Of a stretch of 46,908 bases of DNA, positions 1 to 11,655 are shown in pieces; the first letter of the stretch is position 1, and each line of letters starts with the position of its first letter. Source of the DNA: Octopus bimaculoides (lineage: Eukaryota). Under the pieces are notes generated by a model. It was not told the DNA's origin, did not search any database, and saw nothing but the letters and a program-made list of their open reading frames with translations. Position numbers and translations under genes: made by a program. The stretch covers positions 64,350,210 to 64,397,117 of the forward strand of contig NC_068984.1 of the NCBI RefSeq assembly GCF_001194135.2. Reading direction: 5' to 3'.

Positions 1-34
<34 letters not shown>

Positions 35-61
35 GTGTATATATGTACATTCAGTTTCAGT

Positions 62-175
62 ATTTGTGTAGATTTTGTTTCGGCATTTTGCTTTTTCTCT
101 ATTTCCTCAATGAATGGTACACAATGGTAAAACAGGTGGAAATCTCATTATTGTAAACTAGAACTTTTGTAATAT
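62..175. repeat. Copy 1 of a ~120-bp dispersed direct repeat (copy 2 at 1478-1603)
   Basis: tttgtgta.gattttgtttcggcattttgctttttctctatttcctcaatgaat...caggtggaaatctcattattgtaaactagaacttttgtaatat aligns by eye with 1478-1603. Confidence 0.8.
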
Positions 176-250
176 AATATATCTGACTATGAATTGAAGC
201 CTTCAACCATTTTTCTTTCCCTCCGCTTTCACTTTATCCTTCTATACATG

Positions 251-281
<31 letters not shown>

Positions 282-429
282 GTATATAAATGAATATAAA
301 TGAGTGTATGTATCTTTATGTATACAGGCACAAACATATATATACGTGTGTGTATGAATGTATGTATGTATGTATGTATTATGTATGTATGTATGTATGT
401 ATGTATGTATGTATAAATATCCTGCAGGG

Positions 430-1200
430 CGTCCAAATCTAGTCTTTATTTAGAGGTCTCTCTAAGAGAAGGAAATTCCAAAATAACACCCACCTCATTG
501 CGAAGCCAGAATTCTTGCTCTTGCTTGTTTCTGGATTACTCGGCTTCGTAAATGAGAGTCATAGCGGTGTTGTGCAAGCTGTTATTGACTTTAAAATTCA
601 GCACGGATATTGCTGATATTTATTATCCTTAATTTCTAGAAAAACTTGTCATTGATGTTCATACATGTCTATGAGTTGACAATCACCCTGTATGTATTCC
701 TGAATACTTTGGTTAATTTGATTACTCTAGCAATTAGTTAAAATGACTGATTACATTCATGAATGATTTTTTCTGCATCAAAGTATTCACTCTTCTGATT
801 TTTTTTTTCTGCAGCAAAGAATTCCCACTTCTAATTTTGAAATCTTTAAATTCACACTGTCCTTTAGTCTAGTATGTGTTACGTTGTACTTTAGCCTAAT
901 ATAATATACGAACCAATGAGGGTACTTAAACTTGGTCGGGCTCGTCTAACTGATTGGTTGCTGGTCCGGCTAGGAACAACGATTAGAAAATATACCTAAT
1001 TGTGTCTCATCTTCATATGTCTCTTTCAAAACAGAATCTTTTTTAGGGTGTTACATGATGTAAATTCAACCGTTACCCAAGCAGATCCAGTATGCAGTGG
1101 CTCATTAGTTTATCTAAAATCCTTAGTTGTTTCGTATAATATTCATTTTAATCGTATGTCAGAATACTAAAGCTTAATAAGCACGTCCTTAATCTCCAAA
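430..1200 (-). mobile_element. Possible very decayed LINE 3' coding remnant (CR1/Crack-like)
   Basis: Only weak minus-strand echoes of RT-thumb motifs (AKVQRN ~ EKVQRR; WVLFWNFL ~ RV..WN.LP), with many stops. Confidence 0.25.
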
Positions 1201-1477
1201 ACTAAATTGCAAAATCTGAATTTTCACTTAGGTTCCTACATTGAAGCTGGAGGATTAATAAAGACAGCAACCAAATTTTCATTTCAGTTTACCTTCTTCA
1301 TTTATTTCTTTCTTTCTTTATTTTTATTTACACCTATTTGTTCTCATCGAATTTACTTTCTTTTCCGCACTAGCGTTATAACTTTATTTTTCTTTATTTT
1401 TCACCAATGCACTGGAAAGCAATTTAGAAGAAAACTGTTACCTATATTTATTGTCTGACAGTTTTCGACGCCTTCGT

Positions 1478-1603
1478 TTTTGTGTACTGATTTTCTTTCC
1501 GTATTTTGCTTTTTAGCTTTTTTTCTCTATTTCCTTAATGAATTGTATATAATACTAAAGCAGGTGCAAAACTCATTATTGCAAACTAGAAATTCTGTAA
1601 TAT
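1478..1603. repeat. Copy 2 of the ~120-bp dispersed direct repeat
   Basis: Same-orientation match to 62-175. Confidence 0.8.
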
Positions 1604-1657
1604 ATCTTACAATGAGATAAAGTACACATTTAGTTATCAATTTGTTTGCATTTATAC

Positions 1658-1691
<34 letters not shown>

Positions 1692-1957
1692 NNNNNNNNN
1701 NNNNNNNNNNNNNNNNNNNNNNNNNNNNNNNNNNNNNNNNNNNNNNNNNNNNNNNNNNNNNNNNNNNNNNNNNNNNNNNNNNNNNNNNNNNNNNNNNNNN
1801 NNNNNNNNNNNNNNNNNNNNNNNNNNNNNNNNNNNNNNNNNNNNNNNNNNNNNNNNNNNNNNNNNNNNNNNNNNNNNNNNNNNNNNNNNNNNNNNNNNNN
1901 NNNNNNNNNNNNNNNNNNNNNNNNNNNNNNNNNNNNNNNNNNNNNNNNNNNNNNNNN
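1692..1957. other. Assembly gap; other gaps at 2722-3029, 9105-9866, 12479-12976, 14274-15186, 22538-23370, 31582-32361, 39264-39273, 45927-46036
   Basis: N runs, mostly flanked by (TA)n/(CA)n/(TAGA)n; ORFs spanning them are artefacts. Confidence 0.99.
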
Positions 1958-1997
<40 letters not shown>

Positions 1998-2150
1998 AGC
2001 ATGTATATATGTATATATGTAGATACGTAGGTTGGTAGGTATGTATGTAGGTATATATAACTACTTATGTATTCATCTATTATTGATCTATCAGCTTAGT
2101 TAAATAAGATCATGCAGGGATGACTTGTCTCTTAATTAAAAATTCACATA

Positions 2151-2373
2151 CAGTAATCCCTCGACTGTCACGGGTGTTACGTTCCAAACCCCCATGCCGC
2201 GATAGGGGAAAATCCGCGAAGTAGAAACAGTACTGTACTGTATATCTTTTAATTATTTTTATAATTTGTATGTATTTATTTTAGTATAAATGCAAAACAA
2301 CGCCACGAATGAATCAATGTAAGCTTCAATATAAACAGCGATAGGTGAACCGCAATATGGCGTGGGATTACTG
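2151..2373. mobile_element. pogo/Tigger-like MITE (Tc1/mariner superfamily)
   Basis: TIRs cagtaatccctcg / cgtgggattactg (12 of 13 complementary), TA on both sides (2149-2150, 2374-2375), AT-rich non-coding interior. Confidence 0.85.
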
Positions 2374-2599
2374 TATTTCGAAATTTATACAACAACGAAA
2401 TTAAAATTTGGAAGCAACATTACCGTGTTCACATCGTACCGATTTGGATTTCATATCAATAATTCTAAAAACACCATGTATAGCAAAGACTAATTTCTAC
2501 ATATAAATCACAATAAGCAGTTTGCTGCATAAATTTGCTGCGAAGCATAAGACAGATTCTCTGTGAACATAAGTTTCAGCAACATCTCATTCGAAAGTA

Positions 2600-2675
2600 C
2601 AGCGGTTCCCAGCCTGGGGTCTGCGGACCTCTGGTTGTCCGCAAAAGTAGTACGGGGTTGTTCATGAACTAAATA
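2600..2675. mobile_element. One end of a hAT (Charlie-like) non-autonomous element
   Basis: cagcggttcccagcctggggtctgcggacc resembles CAGYGGTTCYCAACC hAT termini (compare 44996-45204); other end not found, runs into a gap. Confidence 0.55.
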
Positions 2676-3226
2676 AAAAATTTCATATACATACATACAT
2701 ATATAAATATATATATATATANNNNNNNNNNNNNNNNNNNNNNNNNNNNNNNNNNNNNNNNNNNNNNNNNNNNNNNNNNNNNNNNNNNNNNNNNNNNNNN
2801 NNNNNNNNNNNNNNNNNNNNNNNNNNNNNNNNNNNNNNNNNNNNNNNNNNNNNNNNNNNNNNNNNNNNNNNNNNNNNNNNNNNNNNNNNNNNNNNNNNNN
2901 NNNNNNNNNNNNNNNNNNNNNNNNNNNNNNNNNNNNNNNNNNNNNNNNNNNNNNNNNNNNNNNNNNNNNNNNNNNNNNNNNNNNNNNNNNNNNNNNNNNN
3001 NNNNNNNNNNNNNNNNNNNNNNNNNNNNNAAAACACGTTTATTTTCGTTGCAGTGATGCAACACAAAAAGAGCATATAAATGCTTCTGATCTTGCAGGAA
3101 AGTGCATTAATTTGCATTTTAATTTGAATATGACTATCATTAAAAAATTATTAATGGATCAGTGCAATAAATTTTTATAAGCCTTCAGATTATTATATTT
3201 AATATATTTTATGTTCGCTGCTAAAC

Positions 3227-3401
3227 ATTCTTTTCTACTCTAGGCACAAGGCCCGAAATTTTGTGGAAGGCGATCAGTGGATTAGATCAACTGGTACTTA
3301 TTTTATTGACCCCGAAAGGATGAAAGACAAAGTCGACCACGGTGGAATTTGAACTCTGAAAGTCGCCCGGCGTGCTAATGTTTCTGCCAGTTCGCCGCCT
3401 T
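3227..3401 (-). mobile_element. tRNA-derived SINE, family B (internally deleted)
   Basis: Reverse complement of head aggcggcgaactggcagaaacattagcacgccgggcg, core ttcatcctttcggggtcaataaaataagtacc and tail gccttgtgcctagagtagaaaagaat; matches 27754-27967. Confidence 0.85.
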
Positions 3402-3862
3402 GTTTGCTGAAACAGTTACAGTTATTTCCATAATAGTCTTTACAATTGATACGTGTTTCTATTGCTACATCTATTATTGTTGCTACTTTTTGCTGATACC
3501 AAAATATGAAGTTTTGTTTGCCGTTGACATCAATAATTACAAGTATATAGTAAGTGCAAATAAACTGCTGCTGCAGCTGCTACTGCTGTTGTAGTAACTG
3601 TTTACAGGTGAGCCCTAATAGTGAATACTTATGGGTAAAGGTATTTCATCCCTAACGAAACTGTACAAGGAACTTGAACCACATTATCCGATGTGTTCTT
3701 TCCTCAGACAGTGAAGATGTGAGGGGGGGGGATTTGACTGCCATTTTCAGCAATCGGGTGACCATCTAGAGATTCCTTGTTTTGGTTCGACGGATAGCCA
3801 ACTGCAATGTGTATTGTGGTATTACAAAATGCTTCACTAGTTCTCATATACTTCATGCACTA

Positions 3863-4002
3863 AAGCGGCGAGCTGGCAGAATTGTAACTCTGTCTTTCAT
3901 TCTTTTGAAGTCAATAAAATAAGTACCACTTGAACACTGGGTTCTATGTAATCGACTCACCCCGTCCCGCAAAATTTCTGGCCTTGTGCTAAAATTTGAA
4001 AT
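3863..4002 (+). mobile_element. SINE family B, deleted and decayed copy
   Basis: gcggcgagctggcagaattg head, ctttcattcttttgaagtcaataaaataagtacc core, gccttgtgctaaaatttgaa tail. Confidence 0.75.
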
Positions 4003-5269
4003 CACTATCTTTATGCATTGACTTATATTGCAAATCGCTAGATATTTTAATATTCCACAACTTGTTCACTAACTTCTAAATGTTATACATTCGCATGATT
4101 TTAGTGCATTTTTTGCCTACCATACCCGGTGGAAACATCATTTTTACCTCTCACTTTCTATTGATTGTCCCCCTTTCATCAGAATATCAGCCAAATTAAA
4201 TCATTGCAACACCTTTACCAGCACCAAGTCGCTTAACTTACAAGGACGGGGTTAGTTCCTGTATACAGAGGCGGTTGTAGATTAGAGATGCAATCAATTA
4301 GAGGGTTTCATAATATTCAAATGATTGTTGCTTTGCATATATCTTTACCAAGAATATGTGTAGATGATGCATGGGCATTCTTCTTAAGTCCCCCAGATTA
4401 ATCTCCCTGTTGATGACACTTCAATAAGTCAAATTCCTTTGATATAATCCATTTGCGAGATACTTGCAGCCAATAATGAATTATATAACTAATTTCTAAC
4501 ATAAATGTGTTTTATTTTCGAGGTGGGAAATATAGATATCTGATATCAGACTTATTTTAACATATTTACAAATAAAAACTTTTATTGGCTCAGTTTACAC
4601 AGTCATTGGAGTTCAATACTTGCAGGATTCGAAACTAAATATTGGTTTCAGATTTTTACTAAATGCTGCTAAGCATTTTGTCCGGCGTGCTAATGATTCC
4701 GCCAGTTCGACGGTTTCAGAATTCGAAAATAAACATTACAAGCTATTTCGTCATCAATTCACTACGCATGTGACATAAACAAGGAACGATGCGTTTATTG
4801 AATGAGTAGCTGAGTGAATGAGAGAGTGAGTAGGTGATTGTTTAATTGAATAAGAGGGTGAATAAATAAGGGTGTGAATGGGTGATTGTTTGATTGAATA
4901 AAATAATGAATGAATGAGATTATGAATGGGTGAGTGTTTGACTGTTTGGTTAACTATTTAATTGACGGGGCATGAAATACTGAACATACAATCATACATA
5001 TATACATACAGTCTTGCATACATTCAGTAAATTGGACACAGACACAGTTATATACTTAAGAAATTCGTTTCACAAGAACATACTTTCGGATTCAATCCCA
5101 CAGCACATCAACTTGGGCATGTATCTTGTGCTAGAAGCCTCCACTGAGGAGAGCATTCTTGTTCTTGACTGATAGTCGTACTTCATTACTCGGTCTGACA
5201 ACACCCCATGCTCCTTGGTTTGTATGCATTGTACTCCCTTTAACATAGTACAATGAATACAATATGTTG

Positions 5270-6450
5270 CCACCATTCCAGTCCAGACATTAGCCGGAGG
5301 AAAGCTTTCTCCTTTCCTCTCACTAGTTTCGAAGATCCTCGATAAAGCTTGTACGTGTATCTCGTTCTTCTCTTACAGTTGTTATGAAAAAAATAAAACA
5401 GGAGAAAGATTTAGGAGAATTAAAGTTGTTTATGTAAAAGGATGATATGTCTAAAACGTTGAAAGCAATTCTCATAAGGGAAGAAACTACAGTTTATCAA
5501 TTTTGTTTTCGACTTGAACGAATGTAACTCACAACAACATTATTTTCTGTCGGAGAAGCTCTTTATCTCTATTGTTTATAAAAAAAAATCATAAAACACG
5601 AAAACAACTTAACATATATCATTGCTAATAATGCAGTTCTATCACTTATAATTCTGTTCATATTATCTTGAAAACTTTCGAAAATCTATGATTTTAATTT
5701 TGGCTTCTCTCTTCAACAAAATACCATCTGAAATACCGCACTGGAAAGATTGCCTCGACAATTATATCTAACCTATCGTTATCGTTGCTACTGCTGCTTC
5801 TTTTACTCTGGTTGTGCTTGTTCTCGTACTTTTTTTAACCCTGATTAGTCGAGATTGAACACACCTCTCCAAAACAGACGTATTTTCCAGACATATTTTA
5901 TCCAGCAACACACTATCTGAAGTATATTTTCTTTCATTTTATTTTTCTCACGATGGCTGAGCGTGATCTGGGCCAGATTCGGCTACTATTTCTAGCATGT
6001 GAGAAAGCCATATTGTAGCTCTGTCATCAATACCTTTTGACTTGATATAACTGTGCACAACATTTATATCAAAGTTAGCTAAATTGGAAAGTGGATAATA
6101 GTCTTGCAAACCCGCCAGCTTATTTAGCGGACACAAATGGAAAATCGCCAACAGACAAATAAATGAATACATAAAGAAACAAGTAAGTAAATATTAAACA
6201 TTACTCAAAAACGATTTCTCTGGTTATTCATTAGACAGCAGCTTTGATGTCATCCTTCAGAGTGGTTATTTTCCCTAACTTGTCTACACTTAGCCAAGAA
6301 ATGTGGGCAATAAATAACATTATAAATAGATTAAAGTCGTTAATATAGCTAACAACTAGCAATATAATATAAACATTTGAAATACTATCAATAGGAAAGT
6401 CTGCTGGGAATATTATTGGATTGAAACAGATATTATTTGATGACAATAAA
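5270..6450 (-). mobile_element. Heavily decayed CR1-like LINE RT/thumb/3' remnant
   Basis: Collinear minus-strand motifs: ADFPIDS..LLVVSYINDF (~SGVPQGS..LFLIYINDL), KGIDDRATIWLSHMLEIVA (~LGI.VD..L.F..HI..IV), LERCVQSR (~LE.VQRR), TRYTYKLY (~TRGH.YKL); explains ORFs 5948-6172 and 6231-6446. Confidence 0.5.
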
Positions 6451-6844
6451 TAAAGGATGTAAAGATATATACATATTTACATACAGACATTCACACACAT
6501 TTAAACACACATACATAACACACACCACTCGTATGAATTTAAGTATGTATGTATGTATGTATGTACGTATGTATGCATTTATGTAATGTACGTTAGTATG
6601 TATGTATGTGTGTATGTATGTATTTATGTATGTATGTATGTATGTATATGCATATATGTTCGTACACTCACAAGTAAGATATACATTTAAAACTTTTCAA
6701 AGGAATATAGCCTTTCTCCGGACAAGAAGACACTAATCAAACTTAATTTGCTTATATACTGTGTACATTCGCATTAATGTACACACAAATATATGCACAT
6801 ACTCACATAAATACACATATATACACATATACATATATATATAT

Positions 6845-6952
6845 GCATGCATGTATGTATGTATGTATGTATGTATGTATTCATTTATATTTACACACAC
6901 GCGACCCCACATACACAAACATATACACACGCACATATACATATACATACAA

Positions 6953-7020
<68 letters not shown>

Positions 7021-7128
7021 GCATGCATGTATGTATGTATGTATGTATGTATGTATTCATTTATATTTACACACACGCGACCCCACATACACAAACATAT
7101 ACACACGCACATATACATATACATACAA

Positions 7129-7196
<68 letters not shown>
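6845..7196. repeat. Tandem duplication, 2 x ~176 bp, of a compound microsatellite block
   Basis: gcatgcatgt at 6845 and 7021; gcgaccccacatacacaaac at 6901 and 7077; units nearly identical. Confidence 0.9.
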
Positions 7197-7521
7197 GAAT
7201 ATATACACATATACATTTATATATGCATGCATGTATGTATGTATGTATGTATGTATATTTACATTCCTCTCTTGCGTGTATATGCGTGTGTATATTTTTA
7301 GCTGTCACTACAAATGAACAGGCTTGTGTTATGTGCTTGATATAATGACAGTAGAGTGAAAACATGAGATCATCGTTGATATGAAGATCTATAAATGCTA
7401 TATACTTTTTACTTACATTTTTTATGCACGTATATATATTGACCTATATATATTTAAACAGATTGCCCCCCACACGCGCGCACACACACACATACACACA
7501 GACACGCACTCACATACATTT

Positions 7522-7571
<50 letters not shown>

Positions 7572-7957
7572 TTAAATACAGATATATAAAGAAATATATT
7601 TTTGAGCACATCGCTTTATACTATACTGAATACATAAAGATAATTATGATAATGGCAATATAGATCATATTAACCACAATAAGCCATATCTGAATTAATA
7701 ATCACATATATAGATCTGTTTGTAGTCTTGTAATGAAACAAACGTTGTTTTCCAGTTAACTCTTTACAACAGAGAAATTAAATGTGTTTCAGCAATAACA
7801 GTCAATATGTTTGTCAACCAATATAATATCACACTATTGAATTTTCTACCACATCAGCCACATTTATCTGAATCGTTTAAGCGGCTCTTGCAAAGTCATT
7901 ATGTTTCTGTGTTATGCTTTAGCTAACCTATTAGGAACTTAAAGCAATATGTTTTCA

Positions 7958-8280
7958 TTTATTTTTTTTATGCGCCCTTTTAAAGCCTAGCCGGCCTCAT
8001 GGGCCCGGTTTCCCGGTTTCTATGGCGTATGCGTCCCCCCACCCCAGCTGGACGGGACGCTAGTCCATCACAGCTTTACTCAATAAACAGGAAGAAAGAA
8101 TGAGAGAAAGTTGGGGCGACAGAGTACAACCGGGGTCTCCACCGCCACCCCTGCCACAGCCTCGTGGAGCTTTAGGTGTTTTCGCTCAATAAACACACAC
8201 GACGCCCGCTCTGGGAATCGAAACCGCGATCCTCCGACCGCGAGGCCGCTGCCCTAACCACTGGGCCATTGCACCTCCAC
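7958..8280 (-). mobile_element. tRNA-derived SINE, family A, tail variant 1
   Basis: Minus-strand head gtggaggtgcaatggcccagtggttagggcagcgg...ggtttcgattcccag with A/B boxes; body as 19908 copy; distinct tail gtgatggactagcgtcccgtccag...ctaggctttaaaagggcgcataaaaaaaat. Confidence 0.9.
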
Positions 8281-8444
8281 AAAATATGCTTTCATACTTT
8301 CTCAATATCTTTCGTTCACCATCTATCCTTCAGTTTCTGCGATTTCCCTCTCCAACGCTATCGGGTCGGTGATGGCTGTTCACAAATGCGAGCCATCCTG
8401 CAAGGCAACTTCTGCAGAGCAAGTTCTTAATGAAAAGTTATTCC

Positions 8445-8528
<84 letters not shown>

Positions 8529-10199
8529 TAGATTTTCGCTTTTTCATCCAAAATAGAGACGAACACCATTCCTCTGATCGGCTTGAAAAACTGTTAGGAT
8601 ATTAAGATATTCTTCTTAACATAAAACTAATGGTAGCCTTAATTTTATCCACCAATGCGGTGTGGAGCACTCATTCTCATTTTTTGACATTTAAGTAGAT
8701 ATATACAAACATGAATAGACCATAGTTAAGCACCAGGTTTAGGTGATTATGTGAGTAAGGGATCCAACTTAGGTAATATATCACCAGGTGAATATAAGGA
8801 TTTACTTTTGGTAATGAGATAAAAAAAAACTCATAGGGTATTGGAATCTTAATAATGGATTTACAAATGCAATGACCAATTTACGGACTATTTGATTTTA
8901 CTCACAAGGTATTGGAATCTTATATGTATACCATTCTGCCTAGACAATGGATTTACAAATATAATATCCCTGCACTCAATCTCTATTTCCTATATTATCT
9001 AAATTAACTATTGCTTTACCATCCTCTCACAAGGTCTCCGATGAAGGGATATAATAAATAACCTGGAAACAGCTGTAAGATAAATATGTATGTATATATA
9101 TATANNNNNNNNNNNNNNNNNNNNNNNNNNNNNNNNNNNNNNNNNNNNNNNNNNNNNNNNNNNNNNNNNNNNNNNNNNNNNNNNNNNNNNNNNNNNNNNN
9201 NNNNNNNNNNNNNNNNNNNNNNNNNNNNNNNNNNNNNNNNNNNNNNNNNNNNNNNNNNNNNNNNNNNNNNNNNNNNNNNNNNNNNNNNNNNNNNNNNNNN
9301 NNNNNNNNNNNNNNNNNNNNNNNNNNNNNNNNNNNNNNNNNNNNNNNNNNNNNNNNNNNNNNNNNNNNNNNNNNNNNNNNNNNNNNNNNNNNNNNNNNNN
9401 NNNNNNNNNNNNNNNNNNNNNNNNNNNNNNNNNNNNNNNNNNNNNNNNNNNNNNNNNNNNNNNNNNNNNNNNNNNNNNNNNNNNNNNNNNNNNNNNNNNN
9501 NNNNNNNNNNNNNNNNNNNNNNNNNNNNNNNNNNNNNNNNNNNNNNNNNNNNNNNNNNNNNNNNNNNNNNNNNNNNNNNNNNNNNNNNNNNNNNNNNNNN
9601 NNNNNNNNNNNNNNNNNNNNNNNNNNNNNNNNNNNNNNNNNNNNNNNNNNNNNNNNNNNNNNNNNNNNNNNNNNNNNNNNNNNNNNNNNNNNNNNNNNNN
9701 NNNNNNNNNNNNNNNNNNNNNNNNNNNNNNNNNNNNNNNNNNNNNNNNNNNNNNNNNNNNNNNNNNNNNNNNNNNNNNNNNNNNNNNNNNNNNNNNNNNN
9801 NNNNNNNNNNNNNNNNNNNNNNNNNNNNNNNNNNNNNNNNNNNNNNNNNNNNNNNNNNNNNNNNNNACACACACACACACACACACACACATCTCCATAC
9901 ACACACACACACACGCACGTCCATTTCATATATCTTGCAATTTCTGCTCTCTGCAAATAAAATTTTTACAGATAAAACTGCTTACAAAAATTGCGATTAA
10001 TGTATAATTTCTTTTTATGTCCATAATTAAATAAATCTTTTAATGATTAGACACACATCCAATAGAATAGCTCTCGCAAACAGACTACGTACAAATTCTT
10101 TCTTCACAACTCCTGAAACCATTTTCTGACAGGAGTGGGTGAAATCTTCATACAGCTGGAGGCTCCAATCGAAACGCGACACGAAATGATCAGGTTGAG

Positions 10200-10286
10200 A
10201 AACGCTGTTATTGATTATGCCTAACCGAAAACAATCACAGCCACATCATCCAAACAGACCGAGTGAAACCGGGTTTAGCTGCTAGT
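10200..10286 (+). mobile_element. Probable Helitron-type 3' terminus
   Basis: Short palindrome aaaccgggttt (10266-10276) followed a few nt later by CTAG (10282-10285) and T; no 5' end or Rep/helicase seen. Confidence 0.45.
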
Positions 10287-10369
10287 ATATGTATATATAT
10301 ATTGCTTATATTATTATATGATTGAACGCCATGCATCTATTTCCAAGTAAGTTTATCTATCTATATATA

Positions 10370-10404
<35 letters not shown>

Positions 10405-10443
10405 ATATATGTATGTATGTGTGCTTATATCTATGTGTATCTG

Positions 10444-10650
10444 TTTTTGTCTACCAATCATCGCTTGACAACCGATGCTGGTGTGTTCACAACCCTGTAA
10501 CTTAGTGATTCGGCAAAAGAGGCCGTTAGAATAAGTGCTAGGCTTACAAAGAATAAGCCCTGGGGTCGATTTGCTTTACTAAAGGCGGTGCTCCAGTATG
10601 GCCGCAGTCAAATGACTGAAACAAGTAAAAGAATAAAATAATAAAAGAAT
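10444..10650 (+). mobile_element. SINE family C, 3' module only
   Basis: cgcttgacaaccgatgctggtgtg...ggcggtgctccagtatggccgcagtcaaatgactgaaacaagtaaaagaat. Confidence 0.9.
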
Positions 10651-11607
10651 ATATATCTAAAGATGGACACAAATGGGGTACCACACCTGGAAGCAATCCT
10701 GGTTCGTATTTCCGGTTTATTTGTTTTTGCTACTTATGTGTGTGTAAGTATATGTCTATGAATATATTTATCAAAGAATCGAAACACGAAAGTAAGTGAA
10801 ATAGAGTTATTTGCCACAGTTATTTACAGATTCATTAGATATATTGTACATTACATTGAAGAATCAAATTAAAAGAGGCAAGAATCAATGCAGGTGCTTC
10901 TGTGTGATTACCATACTACGAGACAGCAATCAAATTTCTTGTCTTCGGTCTAACAGCGATAAAAGTAAGTTATAATAAGTACACTCTTCACAGGTTATTG
11001 ACATTACCGTTTTGCACAGAAGATTGGCTGTCTCCGAAAGCCTAGATGATGATAACCTCTTAGTTTTGCGTGTAACTTTGAGTGGGTTTGTATGTATGTA
11101 TTTCTCTGTGTGTCAATGTTTTTCTCACTGGGATAGTCAATTTGAATAAGGCATACCTGAATTAATAATATTTTTGTAAGATCTGTATTTTTCATTGACA
11201 TCTAGTACATCTTGGATATTCAACCACTCTACATTTATTATAGAAAACCAGTCTAGCTTTATCCAGTTTTTAGTGGTGGATGTACTCTGCACTCAGGATT
11301 AACACCACCACCGGGCTCTTGGGTAGATAAGTGCAATTATAGTGGAATACACTCTGTTCCTTCCTTCCTACCTACCTGCCTTCCTTCCTACCTGCCTGTC
11401 TTCCTTCCTTCCTTTCTTTCTTCTTTCCTTCAGCCTCAGGAGACATCGAGAAAGGACGTGCGAACAGCCCTTCTCTTCTAAGTCATTTAGCACAAAAAGG
11501 CTATTGCTTTGTCCATTAAATCACTTTTATCTTTTTCTACGAGGAGTTTACTGTCTAACAGTAAAGCTCAGTATCTCTCTCCCTTGCCCTCTGTAATCCT
11601 TCCTCTT

Positions 11608-11655
<48 letters not shown>

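Noticed and set aside
4020-4470. Possible RT fragment on the minus strand (KEFD, YSDE, KYLA echoes)
   Set aside because: Motifs are too degenerate and lie in different frames; cannot be supported by eye.
5770-5860. Plus-strand hydrophobic stretch PIVIVATAASFTLVVLVLVLFLTLISR as a transmembrane exon
   Set aside because: Bounded by stops, no splice support, and better explained as the antisense of a decayed CR1-like LINE.
11420-11570. Pyrimidine tract plus AG acceptor at ~11433 and possible exon
   Set aside because: The tract is a (CCTT)n microsatellite; no recognisable peptide or partner exons.
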